Positions 24,401-37,385 of a DNA stretch of 64,000 nt are shown one piece after another (the first letter of the stretch is position 1; every line of letters starts with the position of its first letter). The notes below the pieces were generated by a model, which did not search any database, was not told the DNA's origin, and worked only from the letters and a program-made list of their open reading frames with translations. Origin of the DNA: Octopus vulgaris. Its lineage: Eukaryota. The stretch spans positions 7,688,001-7,752,000 of the forward strand of contig OX597831.1 in assembly GCA_951406725.2 (NCBI GenBank), read 5' to 3'. Made by a program: the position numbers and the translations under genes.

Positions 24401-24809
24401 CTTCAAATACATAGAATTAATTTAAATTAAAACAGATGGACACACTAATGTGTCCATGTGTTTTAATTTAATTTAATTCTATGTATTTATGCAGCCGAGG
24501 ATTGCTCTGCATTTAAATTGATGTACACTTGTGTGCAGCTCATACACTCCTCTCTATACACTTTTGCAACTTTGCAAAGGCCTCTGAGCAGGTATTGCCA
24601 TGACAACTTTCTCTGTCATGGTCAATGCGATGATCATACGCTACACACCTTCCTTCCAGTCACTGCTGTAAACAGTGGAAGTGAGCTAGAATGTTAAAAC
24701 TTAGTACATATACACAACAGACTCCAAGGTCAATTTGTGCCAAGCAGCTTTACTCTGCATGCTTTAGCTTCATTACTATAGCAACAATCTGGATACTTAT
24801 TGATCAGAC

Positions 24810-25772
24810 CTTGTGAGGGGAAGGGAGAGTCTTGAAGATGACCCAAGGTCTGGATGTCTTGCAATTGCCACCACTGAGGAAAATATTGATCATGTTCAAC
24901 AAATGGTGATGGACGACAGGCTATTGATTATAAATCAAATAGAAATAGCGAATGCTATTAGCATATCCTGTGAGAGAGTTGAGAAGATTCTGTGCAATGA
25001 ACTTGGTATGGCAATGGTTTCTGCTCAGTGGATGCCATGTCTCCTGACACCTGATCAAAAGCACACCAGGCTGGTCACATCATGGGAAAATCTGACATTG
25101 TTTGAGGCAGAACCATTTGGTTTCTTTGAACGTTTCTTTACCCAGGATGAGTGTTGGGTTCAGCTCTCTGAGCCTGAGATAATAAAATACAATCCATGCA
25201 GGAGAAACATTCCTCATCTGCTCTAAAGAAGGCCAGGGTCGTTTCATCTGCAGGGAAGGTGATGATGTCAGTTTTTGGGGATGCAAAAGACCTTGTGTTC
25301 ATTGACTGTCTTCAAAAGGACCACACCATCAATGGAGAAGACTATGCCAACTTGTTGAGTCCATTACAAAAGGCCATCAAGACCAAACATCCTGGAAAAC
25401 TGACGAAATGGGTCTTGTTTCATTAGGACAATGCTCCAGCACACAAGTCTTTGGTTTCAATGGCTGTGGCTTTGAAGTTGTTGATCACCTTATTCTCCAG
25501 GTTTGGCCTCCATCTGACTATCATCTGTTCCCCAATATGAAAAAACCACTTGGCTGAGAACCAGTATTGCAGTAATGGTCACATCATATCTTCTGTTGAT
25601 GATTTTTTTGACCAACAGGATGAAAGCTTCCTCATCAGTGGGATCCAAGCACTGCAACACCAATGGAAGAAGTGTGTTGACTGCAAGGGGGATTATGTTG
25701 AAAGATAAACCTCATTTGGTGACCTTCCATGAGGTTATTGTGGTCAGGCTATGAAATTTTGAGCTGAACCTT
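24810..25772 (+). mobile_element. Decayed mariner (DD34D-type) transposon
   Basis: GRESLEDDPRSG, WMPCLLT, TQDECWV, SAGKVMMSVF, LFH*DNAPAH, PYSPGLASSDYHLFPNMK, GDYVE; the terminus is followed by TA. Confidence 0.9.
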
Positions 25773-26702
25773 GTATATGTGTGCTTGTTCCCCCACCCTT
25801 ACTTGATAATCAGTTTGGCAAAAGAGACTGATAGCAGTTTGGCAAAAGAGATTGATAGAATAAATAGCAGACTTTGAAATAAGAACGATTGATTTGTTTG
25901 ACTAAATACTTCAAGGTGGTGCCACAGCATGGCCACTGTCCAATGACTGAAACAATTAAAAGATGAATAATTAATTCACAGCTACTGTCAGATAGTTTCT
26001 CAATGTCGTGGAGCTTATTATAGTTGTGAAAGTGTTAAGCTCTTGAAACCTCTCTCATCTTGGAATAATATAAAATATTCTGCTCCTGATTTTGCTCTGG
26101 GAAGAATTTAAACCTGTACTGCATACTAATAAAACATTTAATAACTTTATTATAAACCAGTACTTTACAATTAGTGAGTTTGATTATTTCCAATGCTTTC
26201 AACAGTTTGAATAACCAGAATAGGATTAAATGTAGAGATTAGAGAATTAGCTAACATTATTCTCCGGTTGAGACAGTTTATCATCAGGTAGGCCACATTA
26301 CTAAAAAAGTTCAAGGTTACTCCATTCAATGGAGATCCATTCAGAAAGGCCCACAGGCTGAGTTTGCCCATAATTAGCATAGACATTGGGAAAAGGAGCA
26401 GCACATATGACCCTTTTCAGAAGCCCTGAAATTTTGGGGATCTCTCTGTCTCAGATATTATGGGTGTTGGCAAGGCTGTATGGTTAAGATCACTTCACAA
26501 CTGTGTGCTTTGGGGTTTGACCCCACTATGCACACCTTAAGCAAGTTTCTTCTTCGCTGGGTCTGGGTTGATCAAACTCTTGTGTGTGAAATTTAATGGA
26601 TGAAATTCTATAGAAGCCTGTCAATGGGTCTCCAGAATATCACCAAATTCCTATAAAGCACATTATCATTTTCTAAAAAATATTGGATAATGTATTCTTG
26701 AG

Positions 26703-26995
26703 CAGTGCTACTCAAAGTGGTGGTCTGCAAACTGGCACCGGTCCTTGAGCCATCAGCTGCTGGTACGTGGCGAGTTTCCAGAAAAGAAAGAAACATTGTA
26801 AAATGCTTGTGTAATATTGCATTATTTCTTTACAAAATAAATATAAGATAAAAAAAATTGTCAATTTTTATTATATTCTTTATATATATTGTTTCTGGTA
26901 TAAATTGATATTACTAAGAAATATTACCGGTCCCTGGCACTTGGAAAAAAAAAAAAGACGTCGGTATGCCACATCAGATAGTTTGAGAAGCACTG
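26703..26995. mobile_element. hAT (Charlie-like) MITE
   Basis: CAGTGCTACTCAAA...TTTGAGAAGCACTG; imperfect TSD TTCTTGAG/ATCTAGAG. Confidence 0.8.
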
Positions 26996-27379
26996 ATCTA
27001 GAGTATACTCTTCCTGGTTAAATAAGACATGTTGGTCTTGGTTGGAGTGTCTTATAAATTTGTTTGTTGAAACCAAAGAACAACAATATTGAGTTCTAGC
27101 ATTGGCCAAGTAGAGCCAATGAAAATTTACCCAACTATTTCAATGATATTCTTTCTCCAACCTATGCTAGCATGGAAAGCGGACGTTAAACGTCTCTTTG
27201 CTAAACAATAAAAAAGAAAAAAAGAAATATTGAATATTGTTGTTTAACCTGAGATCCACCCTGATGATGCAGATTTAAAATAAAAAATCTTCCAGTGCTG
27301 ACCGTACTCTCTCTCTCACTCCTTTGTCAGGCTAAATGCATCTGGGACTAAACACACATGCATGCACACACACACACGT

Positions 27380-27413
<34 letters not shown>

Positions 27414-30400
27414 AAAATGAGTAGAGACAGACATGGAAGAAACATTGAGAACTGATTCTAATTAAAATATCAGAGTTATGGCCCTTGCTTTTCTCTACCA
27501 GAATTATTAAAGTTTAAAAAAAAAATCTTTTAGCTCACTGCATTGAGTATGTTAACATTAACTTAACTGATTGCTACATAGACTTGTATGTGTTCTGTAT
27601 ATTTGAAAAGTAAGTTATGTGAATTTAATAAGGAGCAGCTAATTTATAATCAAGAATATTTGCTTTAAATTTACGCAGACAGCAGGTTTTATAACTTTTT
27701 TTTAATCTTAAAGCATGGTATAAATCTTTCAAGGCTCTTTTCAATGGGAAGATCTCATATATTTACTTATTGATTGAATAACTCACATAACAGTGTTTAA
27801 AATGTTTCTGCTCCTAAATCAACAGCTAGAATCTATCACCAGTGCACAGACATTCATTAGTTTACGTAGTGACATGCAGCTTATGTAATCAAACGATTGC
27901 ATGATTGCCACACTACGTTATCTATATTATATCTTTAGTTATTGATTTTGTTACTTAATGATATATATATTGTTAATAACTAATATGTTGCCTCTTTCTT
28001 TCTTGCTTCTTTTTTAATCTTTTAGCATTATTTAATGTAGTGTTGGACCTCATAGTCATAAAAACTCCATTAGACTGGCTATCTGCATAATGATAGTTCA
28101 TGTCAGATCAAATATTTTCCTAACTATGAAGTTCCCATCCATAATTCCAAATACATTCTCTGAAAGATTGCTCAAGAGCAACAGAATAAACATTTTAGAA
28201 GGAAAAGAGGAAAATCATTTTAGTTCGTTTATGTACAGTTCCATTCGGAGAGATGCCATGGCATTCATTTCCATACCAATGATGGTTCACCAGAAGATGT
28301 CAGGTTAAACAATCTTTAATTGTAGAAGCTCCAGTGCGAAAGTAACTGGATCCTCTCAGTGTGGTAGGAATCGATATGAGGGAATGTGCCGATGAAGCGA
28401 CATATTTTGGCATGGAAAAAAAGAAAAGAAAAGAAGAAAGTACTTTACTGCTAGCTTTGTTCAAGAGTGGGTTGTTTTTTTGGATCAACTTTTGAAATAA
28501 ATTTTAGAATTTTCTTAAAATGACATGTAAAAAAATACCTGTGCTTGGTGCCACATAAAAAAGCATCTGTACTGGTGCTACATGAAAAAGCACCCAGTAG
28601 ACTCTGTAAAGTGGTTGGCATTAGGAAGGGCATCCAGTCGCAGACACCATGCCAAAACAGACAGTTGGAAGCTGGTGCAGCAGCTCTCTGACTGGTTAGC
28701 TCCTGTCAAACCATCCAACCCATGCCAGCATGGAAAACAGACATTAAATGATGAAGAGACCTCCTCTTGCTCACAATGAAAACTCACAAACTGGAGTTAA
28801 CTAATTAAGTACATGGCTAATTACTAGTGGCTGGAAGTAAGAAAGTAGTTAAAAGATATTTGCTGAGCAGATGGTCAGTTTGATACCATTTGAAGCTGGA
28901 TTTGCAACCATGTGCTTCTGGATTCAGTCCCTTGGCCTTCTACTATAGCCCTGGGCCAACCAATGTCTTGTGAGTGAATTTGGTTGATGGAGACTGTTTG
29001 GAAGCCCATTGTATATACATATGTATACATGTGTGTATTTGCATTTATGTTTGTCTCTTCACCATCACTTGACAACTGGTGTTGGTTTGTTTACGTTCCT
29101 ATAATTTTGCAATTCAGCAAGAACGACTGATAGAATAAGTATCAATTTAAAAACAGAAGTATTGGAGTCAAATTGCTAGACTAAACCCTTTCATGGCTTT
29201 GCCCCAGCATGATCACAGTCCAATGACTGAAACAAGTAAAAGATAAAAAGATATCAAACACAAGAGAAAGGGGAGACATTTCCATGGATGTGAATGTAAA
29301 ATGTGGTTGACTGCTGTCCTACCACATCAAACCGTTTTAATGAAGGTACTTTCAGATCAATGGTAGAAAAACAGCCGGAAACCAAAGACGGGAATGTTGG
29401 ATTAAATGCTTTTCACTATTTTGTGTTTTTTTCTTTAAAATGTGAAAAGTTGCTTTGCGTTTCATCCATCTGGGATCGATAAAATAAGAATCGCTCAAAA
29501 CGTTGGTCAGTTAAATTGATTCCACTCTCCGGTTGAAATTTATGATTGTATACCAATGATAGAATTTGTTATTGATTATCCTCCTCCTCCCTCTCCTCTC
29601 TCCCCTCCTACCATACTCCTCCCGTCCTACCCTTCCACCTCCCCCTCTCCTCCTCCCTCTCCTCTCCCCCTCCTACAATTCTCCTCCCATCCTCCCCTTC
29701 CTCTCCTCTTCCTCTTCTTCATCATCATCGTTGAGTATCCACTTTCTGTGCTTTTGTGGATCAAATAAAACTTATTGAGGCAGGGTTTCTATGGTTGGAT
29801 GCCCTTCTTGTCACCAACCCTCACCTGTTTCCAAGGAACAGAATATATTTCTTTAGTCCTTTGAACAACGAACAGCTCAATGGTCAGACGTGTTTTCATG
29901 GAAGATTGCAGACAAATGACATTGCTTGTTAAGACAAGGAAAGCATGTTCATATACACGCACATGCATACACACACACACATACACAATGTGCTTCTTAA
30001 ACTTTCCATCTACTTAATTTTCCTGTGTGGTCAGCTCAGAGCTATGGTAGAAGACATGTTCAGGATGCCACGCAGTGGGACTGAACCCCAAACCATAAAG
30101 TTGTGAAGCCAACTTTTTAAACAAAACGCCATGCTTTTTGCGAACATGTTTATCAGGAACATCTTGTTAAATTCTACCAGAAAGTTTTAGATTAAGGAAT
30201 TACTGTACCAGGTTAATTAATGTTTTCAAAGACAGTTAATATCAAAGAGTAGCAGGACCATTCTTCTCATTGCTACTAAAGATTGGCTAAGTGCATGTCA
30301 GAATCTTAGACACATGTGAAGCATTTTTCTGGAGAAACGGGTTCGTTCAGTTCATGATTACAGATGGACCAGTAACGAGAAAGAATGGAATTTCGGTTGT

Positions 30401-30523
30401 TCTCACCCTCTGGTTGCCAGAAGTGAGACTCTGTGCAGACATTTGGTATCTGCTGGTCAGATTACAGAAAGTTATTGAATTTATTTTATGGATACTTTAG
30501 GTGCCACGTTGTACCGGAATGTG

Positions 30524-30860
30524 AAGGCGCATGGCTCAGTGGTTAGAGCACCGAGCTTATGATCATGAGGTTGTGAGTTCAATTCCTGGACCGGGCTGTG
30601 TGTTGTGTTCTTGAGCAAGACACTTTATTTCCTGTTGCTCCAGTTCACTCATCTGTAGAAATGAGTTGCAACATCACTGGTTCCAAGCTGTATCGGCCCC
30701 TTTGCCTTTCCCTTGGATAACACCAGTAGTGTGGAGAAGGGAGGCCGGTATGCATGGGCGACTGCTGGCCTTCCACAAACAACCTTGCCCGGACTTGTGC
30801 CTCGGAGGGTAACTTTCTAGGTGCAATCCCATGGTCATTCATGACCGAAGGGGGTCTCCT
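30524..30860 (+). mobile_element. tRNA-derived SINE (head type B, V-domain-like core)
   Basis: GGCGCATGGCTCAGTGGTTAGAGC...GAGTTCAATTCC, core TGTGTTCTTGAGCAAGACACTTTA. Confidence 0.8.
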
Positions 30861-31150
30861 CTGTACCAGAATATCAATCACAATTATGGAAGTCATATGA
30901 CCTCTGAGACTGAAAATAGAAACTAGAGGCTTCTGGTGTGAATACAATATCTTAATTCTTTAAAATTTGGAGCAGCCATATCTGGCCCAAATATTCTGTT
31001 TTATGTTCAAACCCATCGAAGGCTGGATCTGGTCTTTCATCCCCCTACAATGTCATTCTAAAACTAATAAGCAATCATTGAAATCTCCAAGCTACAAGAT
31101 AATGCAGGATTAAATCAAAACAGTGTGAATAAACAAACATTATATCTAGT

Positions 31151-31560
31151 CGCAGGAGTGGCTGTGTGGTAAGTAGCTTGCTTACCAACCACATGGTTCC
31201 AGGTTCAGTCCCACTGCGTGGCATCTTGGGCAAGTGTCTTCTGCTATAGCCTCGGGCCGACCAATGCCTTGTGAGTGGATTTGGTAGACGGAAACTGAAA
31301 GAAGCCTGTCGTATATATGTATATATATATATGTATGTGTGTGTATGTTTGTGTGTCTGTGTTTGTCCCCCTAGCATTGCTTGACAACCAATGCTGGTGT
31401 GTTTATGTCCCCGTCACTTAGCGGTTCGGCAAAGAGACCGATAGAATAAGTACTGGGCTTACAAAGAATAAGTCCCAGGGTCGAGTTGCTCGATTAAAGG
31501 CGGTGCTCCAGCATGGCCACAGTCAAATGACTGAAACAAGTAAAAGAGTAAAAGAGTAAA
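31151..31560 (+). mobile_element. tRNA-derived SINE family C with internal (TA/TG)n and (AGTAAAAG)n tail
   Basis: GGAGTGGCTGTGTGGTAAG...GGTTCAGTCCC...CTTGGGCAAGTG. Older copies at about 21410-21800(-), 28900-29250, 33095-33465, 45895-46255(-), 48960-49315 and 61218-61610. Confidence 0.85.
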
Positions 31561-31687
31561 TGCTGAGGGGTGAAAGGTAGCTTTAAGAAAACTTCTGTCT
31601 GTAATGTTGTTCAGGCCTGAAGTTAAACATGTATATTAAAGAAAGCTAAAGAAAATTTAATCATATCCAGGAAAGTGTAATTGTTGA

Positions 31688-32130
31688 GAGAGCGGCTATT
31701 CGAGTATGATCGTTACCAACACCACCTTACTGGCACTTATGCCTGTGCTAGTAGGGTGCCAAGAGCACCATCTGAGCATGATCGTTGCCAGAGCAGCCAA
31801 CTGGCTTTCGTACCCGTGGCAAGTAAGAGGGCACCATTCGAGCGTGATCGTTACCAATGTCGCTTCACTGGCACCTGTGCTGGTGGCTCATGTAAAAAGA
31901 TTCGAGCGAGGTCATTGCCAGTACCGCCTGACTGGCCCCCATGCCGGTGGCACATAAAAAGCACCCACTACACTCTCGGAGTGGTTGGCGTTAGGAAAGG
32001 CATCCAGCTGTAGAAACTCTGCCAGATCAAGACTGGAGCCTGGTGCAGCCATCTGGTTTGCCAGCCCTCAGTCAAAATCATCCAACCCATGCTAGCATGG
32101 AAAGCGGACGTTAAACGATGATGATGATGA
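31688..32130 (+). mobile_element. RTE LINE 3' UTR fragment with (TGA)n tail
   Basis: Homologous to the 3' UTR at 23514-24050. Related tails at about 28540-28755, 33696-33960(-), 52015-52180(-) and 53375-53520. Confidence 0.8.
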
Positions 32131-33000
32131 AAGGAAAAAAGCACCAACTTGATGTAACTCATTTGTTGATGACTGTGTATTAAATATATATTGATCTGGA
32201 TGCTGCAATATCACAAGGAATGAATGTCTTTGACAGCAATAAATTTCCTTATCTGAGTGGAATGGAGAAAATTAGCAAATCTATCTTCAGACGTGAACCT
32301 TGGCAGCTTAGCTGTTTCTTCAGTCATAGCACAAGAAAATTGCAATTGATAATGTATCCTATCATAGTGTTTACAAGGAATACAAGAAAACAAGGAACAC
32401 TACGCTCGATCCAAAAGAATATGGAAATTTTAGTTTTCCACATTCAACAAATCAAATATGTCAATCGTTTGTAATGTTTCTTGTTCCAGTTCTTATATAA
32501 ATATTTCAGAGACAATTGGTAAATTGGTAGGAATCCAGTCATACTAACCATTATTATAAACCTCCATGGACCATATCTTAGTATAGAAAAACTTAATATG
32601 ATGCTCTTTGTTTTCATTTTGGTTTTTGCAATTAAAATACTGCATAATTCTTTAAAAACTTGAAAAACAAATGACCTTGTACATTTATTTATATATTGAA
32701 TAAATCACATAGCAAGAAATTATTGTTTAAGCAAGATCTGTAGCAGATAATGCCAGTTCTGAGTACACACCAAAGTTGTACTGTAAATCGTTAAAGCCAT
32801 GAAGATTGTTGGCAAAACTACAAGATATTTGGGTCAAAGAATCTGTCGTACTGCTAATAATACCTTCTCTGGATTTTATCATTCGTTCTTGTTGGTGACT
32901 AGAATTATTTTCTTAGTAGCAAGGGCATATACTCTACACAAAAACGTGGTACATATATAGAAAGCACATTCTCGTGTGTTTACACCACACACACGTACGC

Positions 33001-33031
<31 letters not shown>

Positions 33032-34624
33032 CTTGAGCTCTTTCAATGCTGAAATATTTCATATATATATATCAATTATATACATATTGATGCATGCCTG
33101 GTTGTGTGGTTAAGGAGCTTGTTTCGCAAGCCCTTGGTTTTGAGTTCAGTCTCACTGTTTGGCACCTTGGGTAAGTGTCTTCTACTGTAGCCAAAGGCTG
33201 ACCAATGTTTTGGGAGTGGATTTAGGTGGAAACTGTGTGGAAGCTCATTGTGTATGTGTGTGTGTGTACCCCCTCTACCACTTGGCAACTAGTGTCAGTT
33301 TATGTCCCTGTAACTTAGTGGTCCAGCATAAAAAAAATATTGATAGAATAAGTACCAACCTTTAAAGAAATATGTCCTGGAAGCATTTTGTTGGAGTAAA
33401 CCCTTAGTGCTGTGCTCCAGTATGGCCGTGGTCCAATACCTGAACGAAGTAAAAAGATAAAGAAAAAACAACGGTAAAGGAAAAGGTAACAAAGATACAA
33501 GAGTGGAGTGAATTTTGGAATCTTTTACTTCTGGCACCAACAGATGGAAATTTCTCTTTACACAAAGGGAAATGCATGGAATTGTGATGATGGAGTTGGT
33601 TAGAAAATGTGGAAGATTTTAAGAATCAGAAGAAAATGAATTGAATGTTTTAAATAAGGATTGAACATGGGGTAACTGAGAAAATGATTGGGATTCATCA
33701 TCATCATTTAACGTCTGCTTTCCATGCTAGCATGTGTTGGACGATTTTGACAGGGCTTCGAACCAGATGGCTGCACCAGGCTCCAATCTTGATTTGGCAG
33801 AGTTTCTACTGCTGGATGTCCTTCCTAATGCCAACCACTTTACAGAGTGTAGTGGGTGCTTTTTACGTGCCACCGGCACGGGGACCAGTCAGGCAGTACT
33901 GGCAACGACCTCGCTCGAATCTTTTTACACATGCCACCGGCACAGGTGCTAGTAAGGCGAATGTAAGAAAAAGGAATTGGAACAGGAAAATGTGAAGTAA
34001 AACTGTGAAATTAGGCCTGAAAAATATTGTTGTCACTTAGTAAATGACAAAGGATGAAGACAACTGGAAGTGTGTGACTGATGGATGGACATCAAATCAA
34101 CAATAAGTACGGTAATTGTGTGGGCGATTAATCTATCTGAAAACGACCACAGTGAAATTATCTTTATGAATTGATCATGAAAGCGAAACAATAGGTAAAT
34201 GTAAGGCTTCATGAACGAAGATTAACACTAAATGTAATATCGCAGTAAAATATAGATTGTCAGTTCATTTATGACAATACTTGCAGCAGACATGACAGCT
34301 TTCTTAACATAGATTCCATAAATTACAGTAAAGGAATTATAACAATGAAAAATAGCAACTCACCACGAAAACAAAAAGGCTGTTCTTGATCTTTATTTAC
34401 ACATAATCAATATTCCTATACAACTTGAAAGCATAGGCAAATATTACAAGAAGCTTGTATCAACTTGCTCTATTGTAAGAGGTTCTACTCTCGCGTGCTA
34501 AATTTGAAGTAAGCCTTTCTGGTAGGTCTAACCTGGTATTATCACGTCATGGTGGCAAATGAGATATTTGTAATAACTAATGCACACCCTGTAATTAGCT
34601 GACGAATTTTGTCTACTTCAGGCT

Positions 34625-35212
34625 TGTAAGCTGGCAGAATCGTTAGCACGCTGGGTGAAATGCCTAGTGGTATTTCATCTGCCGTTACGTTCTGAGTTCA
34701 AATTCCGCCGAGGTCGACTTTGCCTTTCATCCTTTCAGGGTCGATAAATTAAGTACCAGTTACGCACTGGGGTCGATGTAATCGACTTAATCCGTTTGTC
34801 TGTCCCCTCTGTGTTTAGCCCCTTGTGGGTAGTAAAGAAATAGGTATTTCATCTGCCGTTACGTTCTGAGTTCAAATTCCGCCGAGGTCGACTTTGCCTT
34901 TCATCCTTTCAGGGTCGATAAATTAAGTACCAGTTACGCACTGGGGTCGATGTAATCGACTTGATCCATCTGTCTGTCTTTGTTTGTCTCCTCTGTGTTT
35001 GGCCCCTTGTGGGTAGTAAAGAAATAGGTATTTCCTCTGCCGTTATGTTCTGAGTTCAAATTCCACCAAGGTCGACTTTACCTTTCATCCTTTCGGGGTC
35101 GATAAAATAAGTACCAGTTAAAAACTGGGGTCGATGTAATCGACTTGATCCATCTGTCTGTCTTTGTTTGTCTCCTCTGTGTTTGGCCCCTTGTGGGTAG
35201 TAAAGAAATAGG
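34625..35212 (+). mobile_element. SINE family A trimer (one head plus three tandem bodies)
   Basis: Units start at GGTATTTC at 34669, 34843 and 35027; flanks ACTTCAGGCT/ACTTTAGGCT. Confidence 0.9.
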
Positions 35213-35632
35213 AACTTTAGGCTATTCAACATGAGTCTAACTATGTTTGTTCAAGAAAGAAATACTTATTTACCTGCACCAAGTTGAAAACCGCTATATC
35301 TTCCGATGCAATTTGGTGTCACATACCTTTAATCATATCAATCACCAGTTTTAATTTACTACTAATTACGTATGTTATTGATTGTAAAAGGATTGAAAGA
35401 TAAGAAGATTCAAACCCCTCAGATCTTCATATCTGATCGTTTTTAAAAATTTGTGTAAGAGAATTTATGCATCACTCATTGACTCGTTAACTGTTGGCTA
35501 AACGAAGAAATATTTAACTATTGGGAATCTCAAGTGCAATGTTTTGACATTAAAATGATGATTAAGTTGCTATGGAAGCAAAAGTTAAAATGGTGGATGT
35601 TTTTATTTATTTTTATTTTGTATAATTTATGA

Positions 35633-35761
35633 TTAGTTTATTTTTGTTTCAATGTTGTGTATAAAAAGTGCTTTACATAGACATGATGTGCCTAGCAGTG
35701 CTCTTCTCCGTATGTTATACATACTTGTAAGCTCTTGAGTTTTGGTTATGTATTTGTCACC

Positions 35762-35816
<55 letters not shown>

Positions 35817-36130
35817 GGGATTATTTCTGTCCTCAAGTTCCACATTTGGGTTTACGCTATTTCTGAATATTTGTGTTTCTCTTGTTTCTTTTAGAGATAC
35901 ATTGTTCTCTTTTGGGATTGATATGTCGATTAGAAGGCATTTTTATCTTGTTGGTCCCTGACAACAATATCTGGCCTGTTAGCCTTGATCCCTGTGTGTA
36001 TTGGACATATCCCCGAGTATGGTTGTTTTGTCATTTTCTGAGACCTTTTCTGGGATATGCTTATACTATCTCTTTTCTTTTGTCATTCTGTAATGTATCT
36101 AAGTCCCAACTCTGTCATGTCTAATGATGC
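35633..36130 (-). mobile_element. R4/Dong-like non-LTR 3' fragment(s) around a (TAA)n array
   Basis: C-terminal motif NIRRRALLGTSCLCKAL resembles QK.ALLGT..ILRKVL of REL-type elements; (TTA)n at 35762-35815. Confidence 0.55.
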
Positions 36131-36179
36131 ATCCCTTCTTGGTTAGGACTGGGCAACCAGAGACAATATGATTTGTTGT

Positions 36180-36550
36180 TTCCTCCTCCTTCTTTTCTCC
36201 TCCCCTCTTTTCTCCTTCTTTTCTCCTCCCTCTTTTTCTCCCCTCCTCCTTTTCTCTTCCCCTCCTCTTTTCTCTTCCTCTCTTTTTCTCTTCCCCTCCT
36301 CTTTTCTCTTCCCCTCCTCTTTTCTCTTCCCCTCCTTTTTCTCTTTCCCTCCTTTTTCTCCTCCTCCCCTCCTCCTCCTCTTTCCCTCCTCCCCTTCCCC
36401 ATCACTTCCCCTCCCCTCCTCCCCCTCCCCCTCCCCCTCCCATCCTCCCCTCCCCCTCCCCCCCCTCCTCTTCCTCCCCCTCCCCTCCTCCCCCTCCTCC
36501 CCTCCTCTTCCTCCTCCCCTCCTCTTCCTCCTCCCCTCCTCCTCCTCTTT
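36180..36550. repeat. About 370-bp almost pure pyrimidine (CT) tract
   Basis: Directly visible; a similar tract lies at about 29577-29720. Confidence 0.95.
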
Positions 36551-36639
36551 AAAGTGGTGGGCAGGCACCAGTCGATTAAGTCCTGGGATCAATGTAATCG
36601 ACTAGTATCTTTCCACAAACGTGCCTCTATTAGAATGGA

Positions 36640-37385
36640 TGATTATTATTATTATTATTTTTATCATAGGTTTTGTTTTAACTCCTGGAATCTTGGATGC
36701 CTAGCGGGTTTACTACCTGCAGCCTTACGGTACCATGCAATCCATTCTTTTCAGCTATCTAATACTTTCTTGATCATTCTGGCCATGCCAAGGAGGCACA
36801 CCTTTTGTAATAGTTCTACTGGGCACTTTAATCTAATTTCCTTTATATTCCTCTTGATGCCTTATCATACCGTTCCTAAGGACCCAACAATAATAGGCCC
36901 TATCTTCACCTTCTTCATTTTCCACAGCCGGGTTATTTCGTACTTAAGAGGGTTGTATCTATCCATCTTTTCGCCTTCCTTCTTGACTATTCATGGGTCA
37001 AAGGGTCATGCAACACCAACTATATAGCATATGTGGTGCACCTTGTCCCCCACCACTAGGTCCGGTCTATTATGCTCTAGCACCTGATCTGTTTGGATTG
37101 GGAAATCCCAGAGGATTTTACTAGGCTCCAACTCCGTCTCTCTCTGTGGTTTGTGCCTCTCTCTAGCCCCCCCTCCTTTTTGCACAGTTTCCAATGTAGC
37201 ACCTTCGCTATCTGGTTGTATTGCCACACCTTGTAGTGGTTTTGGGAAAGTCTAGGGCATTCGTTTGTGATATGGGCAATGGTTGCATCCACTCTATTGC
37301 AGATGTGGCACAGTGGAGACACTTGCTCATTCCTAAAGTTGACCCTCCAGTTTGTGGCCAAAGTTTGATTTTGCACTGCCATTAT
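36640..37385 (-). mobile_element. R4/Dong-like non-LTR retrotransposon 3' end (CCHC plus restriction-like endonuclease)
   Basis: CHICNRVDATIAHITNECPRL...IAKVLHWKLC and KILWDFPIQTDQVLEHNRPDLVV; ends in (TAA)n. Another 3' fragment abuts at about 37385-37720. Confidence 0.85.

Noticed and set aside
34669-35212. Regularly spaced repeats suggesting a CRISPR-like array
   Set aside because: The units are whole SINE bodies of 174-184 bp with no unique spacers, there are no cas genes, and the context is eukaryotic.
36121-37027. Longest ORFs in the track (up to 284 aa, Pro/Leu- or Glu/Arg/Gly-rich)
   Set aside because: Read-through of a CT tract and of the antisense strand of a retrotransposon; no gene-like features.
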